Part shown: one piece after another, positions 61,301 through 64,000 of the stretch
Numbering within the stretch: the stretch's first letter is position 1
Layout of the letters: every line of letters begins with the position of its first letter
From: a virus
Virus record (IMG/VR): IMGVR_UViG_3300049893_000899
Span: 1-64,000 of that record
DNA: 64,000 bases
Reading direction: 5' to 3' (one strand)
Notes under the pieces: model-generated
Told to the model about the DNA's origin: nothing
Database searches by the model: none
Seen by the model: only the letters and a program-made list of their open reading frames with translations
Made by a program: the position numbers and the translations under genes

Positions 61301-63487
61301 TACAGTCTCAGTTCTTGTAGCTACAGCGTTATAAAGTAAATCTTTTCCGTGATGTTGTGAACCGGCTTTATTGTAACAATTGTTTACATAAGCTGTAATT
61401 AAAGTAAACAATCTAACTGTTTCATCTGGAGTTTTCCCATATTCTTCAAAGAAGAAAGCTATTGCCTCTTTAGATAAGGAATCTTTCTTTCCTTGAGACA
61501 ATAATTCATATATAGTATTTACAAGAGAGTTTTGAGCAAGCTTTAACCCAGCTCCATCAACAAGAGATCTAGCATACACACTGTTTAAATAAGCTAACTC
61601 AGAAGGAACTACAAACGTGTCCTTCTCTTCTATAGAGTCGGTATGAGTCCCTTCTCCGTATCTCAACAACCTCTCTAATATACCTTTAGCTTTAGGGTCA
61701 AGATTTATTGTCCTAATTAAACTCTGTCTAAACTTTTCCTTAGTAGCATCAGGTCTTGGATTCATTAATCCAGAATAAACTATATCTCTAAACAGCTTTT
61801 TTCTTAATCCAGTAAAAGCCATTGCAAGCTCATTGATTTTCTCTTCAATAGAAGATAAAGACGTTTCAGAGAATATTCTACTTTGTACTATTGTTTGAGA
61901 TTGACCACTTCCAACCTTAACATCTTCAGTAGAAGCATCATACATATTAGACTTCACGTTAGCAAAAGCATTAAAGAAAGAAGCCTTAAACATTTCAAGA
62001 TACTCTTTCTCAGCTTTAGTTGAACCTTCTTTTTCAAGAAGGCCAACTATCTGGTTTAGTTCCGGCTTGATCTTCGCGTATCTCTTCAATGTAGCAACCA
62101 TATCAGCGTATCTAGTAACTATTGTATACTCGACCTCGCCATCAACCTCTCTTGAAGACACCTTATTAGATGTTGATTCAAGAATACTATTTAATGTCTT
62201 CCACATCACTTTAAATGAATGTGTTTTAGGAAGACCTGTTCTTTTATCTATAACTATATTACCTTCAATGTCTCTTTCAAAGATACTTGATAAGAAAGAC
62301 TTAACGCTTGCATCAACACTATTAATCTGGCTAACAGTATTTGAAGCTTCAAGGTTATGAACCTTATTATCATAGCTTTCTTCATCATCTCCCTCTTCTT
62401 CTGTGCTAACCTCGTCCTCTTTAGGGTCGTTGTTTTTGTCTTCAAATACTTCAACCCCAACAGAAGAAGTGTTAGATGTGATATCTGGCTCTTTCTCCTC
62501 TTCTCTAAAGACAACACCTTTTTCTTTAAGGTTGGCTTTAAGTAATGTTTTAAACTTATCTTCTTGCTGAAGTAGAGCTATTAAATTATCTTTATATTGG
62601 TCAGTATAGTTTTCTTTCACATAAGAAACCATCTTGTCAAAAAGAGAATTTCCTTCTTCATGCCCAGAGAATAAATCAAGGAAGTCTTCCTCTAATCCTT
62701 TCTTGTTACTTTTAGCTACTTCACTATTCAACCCAAATTCATCAATTAATATTGTTGAAGCAGAATCAACATAAGCACTCATTAAAGAGTCGGAAATAGG
62801 TCTTCTTATATAAGAAACGCCATTCTCGTTTGCTATTGTAAAGCTGTTTTTAATTGTTTCTTCAAACTTAATTAAATCCTTCTTATCCTTAAAGTTATCT
62901 TTAAACGATTTGAAAGCATTATAAAAAGTATCATTACCAAGTCCAGACTCTCCTGTCTTTGTCCACTGAATAAAGTCATTGTATATTCCTATTGCAGCAT
63001 TTAACTCAGAATAGAATAGATTTCCTTTTGACAGCTTATCAAAGCTATCAATAAAACCATTTCTATCGTAGCCTAAAAACACCTCAGCAAAGTATAAGAT
63101 GTTGTTGTGATCAGAAACAATATCAAATTCAGTATTCTTTGATATAGCGTCAATTAGATTGTTGAAGTTTCCTTCATTAGTAATGTATAGATTTATTATC
63201 GGATCTACAACAGACAAATCTAAATTAGGAAACTCTTCTTTTATTTTTGAAGAAACAATAGAGTTACCGCTTTTTTTAAGCTCTTCAATACTTTTGAATA
63301 CGTTTACATCTTTCTCGTTTACTGTATTGAAAAAGAAATTGTTTACTATATCTTCAGCAAATGGAGCTAATGAATGTTTTTCTCCTTTAGCTTCAGCATC
63401 ATGGAAAGATGTTGTAGCTATTGTTTCTCCTTTAGCTCTTGCTATAACGCTAAAAGTTCTCGACGTATTTATTGGGCAACTAGACAT
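52301..63487 (-). CDS. Giant virion-packaged DNA-dependent RNA polymerase (crAss-like), 3728 aa
   Basis: Double-psi beta-barrel signatures NEADAQGF, GYRIPTQ, GSDYDIDK (DxDxD at 58775-58789) and VDMAKD. Confidence 0.9.
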   Translation of the reverse strand: MSSCPINTSRTFSVIARAKGETIATTSFHDAEAKGEKHSLAPFAEDIVNNFFFNTVNEKDVNVFKSIEELKKSGNSIVSSKIKEEFPNLDLSVVDPIINLYITNEGNFNNLIDAISKNTEFDIVSDHNNILYFAEVFLGYDRNGFIDSFDKLSKGNLFYSELNAAIGIYNDFIQWTKTGESGLGNDTFYNAFKSFKDNFKDKKDLIKFEETIKNSFTIANENGVSYIRRPISDSLMSAYVDSASTILIDEFGLNSEVAKSNKKGLEEDFLDLFSGHEEGNSLFDKMVSYVKENYTDQYKDNLIALLQQEDKFKTLLKANLKEKGVVFREEEKEPDITSNTSSVGVEVFEDKNNDPKEDEVSTEEEGDDEESYDNKVHNLEASNTVSQINSVDASVKSFLSSIFERDIEGNIVIDKRTGLPKTHSFKVMWKTLNSILESTSNKVSSREVDGEVEYTIVTRYADMVATLKRYAKIKPELNQIVGLLEKEGSTKAEKEYLEMFKASFFNAFANVKSNMYDASTEDVKVGSGQSQTIVQSRIFSETSLSSIEEKINELAMAFTGLRKKLFRDIVYSGLMNPRPDATKEKFRQSLIRTINLDPKAKGILERLLRYGEGTHTDSIEEKDTFVVPSELAYLNSVYARSLVDGAGLKLAQNSLVNTIYELLSQGKKDSLSKEAIAFFFEEYGKTPDETVRLFTLITAYVNNCYNKAGSQHHGKDLLYNAVATRTETVLKNTFYVISPIDAMLKISQIQDIISGSLHEENTIGAEGKNVYSINKEASSNRFISDVKNGANKRKPGGNILNLYGRISEDAFSSAYKGGMSFFQKVLSFSQIIKTRGEEKNKHTSENTITEDVSIYYKEQINALRSPVFNGKFDVNGNPTGSIIYPLRMLQPADAGIERFYSVSLTEYVDYRRKNPGSNIRAFASEFIKTEIIKFLEAEIEAYKAYEAAKNMPFTKFIGIKHYDKKYKNSSILDLDFSSQEEVNAIFDSKDGKHVFNKSNSAILDKVVNDIIDSAVKEMREEMFDFGSLASRNMSGMVAFEAVTLIDTALNMRQFNANAIHPGFFKSAVEIVKRYKALVSPSKESYIFNKPTFKIAVLNDIERDSGGLYSFLVKTAVESKLMSEAEAKALYNPYLKNNEADAQGFVTLDRYVDFRRSQGDWDESNNTLVEKLKDKNHVPTFYEKQQALNLFGPQKPFHYSISSRTTNINEDGTASLNHLLAVPTMLKYSMIPIIPAIHKGTELASLLENMEKNGIDEVLFDSAVKMGSQGAIDFSEAINGKDLFAIELENRYHGMQQVTPNKITEGKSLRSIGIQFKKLMKNVKSGLVYYTKNGVEYTGEKYLEETDAIEAAITERLTYEFMNNLGLDFDSGNIKDVKKFNEGIKRKLLKVDAIKNNKELVDFIKEKTSSEITPFNLDEVGPSSYQIISSVISSFQKGVVNPSMPGGSAVQVSPVGLNSMSEEEKSSIMFLDGRTSAKLMHPLPGKAGECLVPLSFFKNIPGLEKMSYEEITDLMKNNKDVFNKAIGYRIPTQKLSSIDSLDIVGILPPHLGDSIILYPSITGKTGSDYDIDKMFLIFKSIKVYKNKQGKFVIRNSNQSDGSSAGVISQMHDELFNHWYNMLNSSNTEAYLDKMAPVDASELKDDYTKDILELQGRDLDAINNKSFLDIMNPITQLRSKSDNMGGQDGIGATANQQNMAAVEIGYGYQNPILSMIASKFNVSQDQGNAKTEVLSYARERVKNTAVSIVDAISSFLNGFVDMAKDPFLSYVNINKTTSGMLFAMIRAGVHPMRAMLYLNHPVIFAYSKYGENGMIQYLTSKGIDFSGNDLAAFSKAAEYNFKMKKFKYVKVDVSADSLAKDIKDFNSGSMTTINMSYIISMLKMYHELNSLSSELSTQATELKFDKLSQRSSFELRNRLYKNNANMSKNYLSNNTYLGSLRNSFAKLSVLLNSISIVSNETVTTYISTILNDTSKENIANRKKFYSAIKSIGGLINVEKEMASYVYNKFFASKVFSDSNKNNRMIEDFVAVIEGNVNTDNKVIQVIKKNYEKNREKERTRRQVQNVYRLIAISKTGGEASKEARAAILASNNLEDLTPADKFKLALKFNRGEIHSDLSNEISESFDDAPMPIKIGVLLNYFMTGRTPVSGSSNVIPVTIKFLNRIGYSTALDLAGKMIEESPIFFADQFIDNIILKNQSGSVQDEYQDYYNKMSEFDKIDDEKRTARKIGLLEAKLGANQVIIDPNMKAWGSVTYVDGLPVVKLRSREYLSRDTVIHELSHVFIDISGGAYTSEAMAAYDQAMQTDIADRVSDRYPELKEGSELHRKEVLAVALGLKGTEIFENAEESIFGKIRNWVNKVYNIIKKKLGLDYDAIALMANEVLNSSIYNNMPTINIDEVMENRFNFKSDGPMREAKERYEGSDNAGNFEYNYKKEALDIATNTLIASIRDDENVDLEGFMDGLNKMLSEAVSAASKSGIDTSSGSQNINKMVETIDQIRSEIGKASDFYVLRQLVEMAMDVYNDSIVITDLISSITRDPLRQILDDVDIDGTNPGKMTLEQFYAQHANQQERWDELTQIKKAISILGVFNLISKQISPKLEFASKGSTEDVEIANLSVHVGDIFASLKRFKNIQASLDGGIPDTALQSKIDSELATIKEEYRKIVGIVKRLSGDNSTTKNIEDTLTLPDNPSYAELSDLINKTIGLDAGVIDFEGTKTNVETSEENMTSLENIINRLLAKRYHKQTLNDLSEALRSIERKISEANSSLEKSSKKVLAFTLAFEDRGHINVRMMQARDLFRKIKGGIGSFKDKAVRDNLINIGVQAFQKNKEKWLYERYNTIYKRLSEDERDISSLVLAFCDKKMINDSIITPFVAYLEKAKDNVRIKYQEEFRGKDNLASMYRDYVNKNGWNKTLGVNYEEVNEKFFYVQRVNDEDRLCLVSEYDWMRLEAERQRYIAIGMENYKKALEEYDLKAKQINDRFESGEYDKAQYREYMDLNEQQKKTIKSTYYVGKQIDIFKKENYEKDAKKTDGKGRLIPLPKYKSAKWAALTTEEKKIADGFEILLHKSNGYLEKGDMLINNELPFVGKTSHELYAEGKLKEGFKEGINESIKNQQSKDLDYVNDAEERASNEEAIVRRSTFNGEPIQRPPVKFRDKGIKIEDRSKDILSILMMNYHSAINFEEMSKAAFMGETLKALLREQNINIKEGGKKVITKYFNKAFNTKGNSQRLKAAESVFDEYVLGKRREDMQFGKGYSISKILGTITSISAKAKLNGNIEGGLVNATAGTVSSMIAFKANNLLDSNLIGEASTEYFKNIVDSMKNYSADDAMRTDKLTAITVFFNSRLNFNEAFVQDIMNDKTVRAFFGAAGHMPFAVGEHMISTVLTIAKLKGIRCIAENGEYLKADGTTTPEISEAVSLYDSIIFDEKSRRISISPKVFATTSNFTSRIMRNDKGEIDERSYNNMVSEIGLNISDLISNTQGYYGNRGLSEMDKKVAGPALMSLRKFLPRKMMMTFAGWQYALKDFDTLYNPETGEYDEDLINGNAFGDEAIMGMVTAEIIQIMEGYRKTEGSTAEKVLGGVKAAVGKNDDKVSEIIAYNASRLRWTGIFAGSFYGLYLLSSLVAPGGDDEEGGFIENIRFLSPYIALRVFNELTYFANPGELLRSFNNVSQSFGFISDLAKLAGDLFTGDIDKLPKDLGRIVSHDNYVRLFMDGHLKNKINGLENGNY

Positions 63488-63489
63488 TA

Positions 63490-64000
63490 TTAACAGTTCT
63501 TGTTTTTATGTTCATCTATTTTCTTTACAAATATATCAATATTTTCATTTGTAAAAACATCTACTTCATTATATTCTTCAATTAGTTTATTGTCGATATC
63601 GTCAACAGGCTTGATGTTATTAATATAATTGTTAATTTCATGAGCGTTCATAGCTAAATCTAAATCAACTCCATATATTTCAGAAACCTCCCCAGCAATG
63701 CTATAAATAGAGTTATTACTCTTTATGTTTTCAACTTTAACCAAGTTAGATCTATTATAAGAAGAAGAAACAGAGAATACTGATTTATTGTTATCTCTTC
63801 TCTTGTGAGCTATCACGTGTGTAAATCCAGTTATATTTATAGGCTTAAAAGATTGATTTCCAAGATTCAAAGTAAGAGCTTGTACCATTAATTGCTTTCT
63901 GTATTTATCAACCTCTCCAGCTATTTTTGTTGAAGTCTTGTAATCAACAATAGTTCCTTCTCCAGTATTCATGTCAATAGCAATTAAGTCTATTGTTCCT
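63490..64000 (-). CDS. C-terminal part of a protein with a PD-(D/E)XK nuclease domain (5' end beyond window)
   Basis: Frame stays open upstream of the annotated Met: GTIDLIAID-MNTGEGT-IVDYKT...YRKQL. Confidence 0.7.
   Translation of the reverse strand, partial: GTIDLIAIDMNTGEGTIVDYKTSTKIAGEVDKYRKQLMVQALTLNLGNQSFKPINITGFTHVIAHKRRDNNKSVFSVSSSYNRSNLVKVENIKSNNSIYSIAGEVSEIYGVDLDLAMNAHEINNYINNIKPVDDIDNKLIEEYNEVDVFTNENIDIFVKKIDEHKNKNC

Noticed and set aside
38380-63554. Numerous plus-strand ORFs in the late block, and antisense ORFs elsewhere
   Set aside because: Antisense shadows of long genes with no motifs.
1-64000. Stop-codon reassignment as seen in some crAss-like phages
   Set aside because: Long genes (TerL, RNAP, tail) are intact in code 11, and TAG, TGA and TAA all end genes at sensible junctions.

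Overview
This 64-kb window is part of an AT-rich crAss-like (Crassvirales-type) tailed phage genome, most likely infecting a Bacteroidota/Flavobacteria host, and read in the standard genetic code. It has three blocks. (i) 1-7.3 kb, minus strand: portal (runs off the left edge), large terminase, IHF/HU-like, wHTH, GroES-like and RepL-like genes. (ii) 7.8-38.3 kb, plus strand: many small accessory ORFs, five aberrant tRNA-like elements, a DUF6745-like gene split by a group I intron carrying an HNH endonuclease, two 12-nt (xxQV) repeat genes, and a replication module (SF2 helicase, DnaB, AAA, SSB, primase, RusA-like, 5'-3' exonuclease, degenerate UNG, but no recognisable DNA polymerase). A complete Ubl-E2-JAB-E1 ubiquitin-like operon sits inside the replication module, and a hypervariable gene-capture zone lies at 33.3-37.8 kb. 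(iii) 38.4-64 kb, minus strand: tail fibres, GT25, lysis genes, patatin, a 3728-aa virion RNA polymerase and a partial PD-(D/E)XK protein. The most striking unexplained structures are integron attC-like hairpin cassettes whose genes lie antisense and start inside the hairpin (with a recurring attI-like end site and no integrase), genes bracketed by 16-20 bp direct repeats, the phage ubiquitin-like system and the anticodon-defective tRNA mimics. All protein calls come from motif recognition by eye; no database searches were run.
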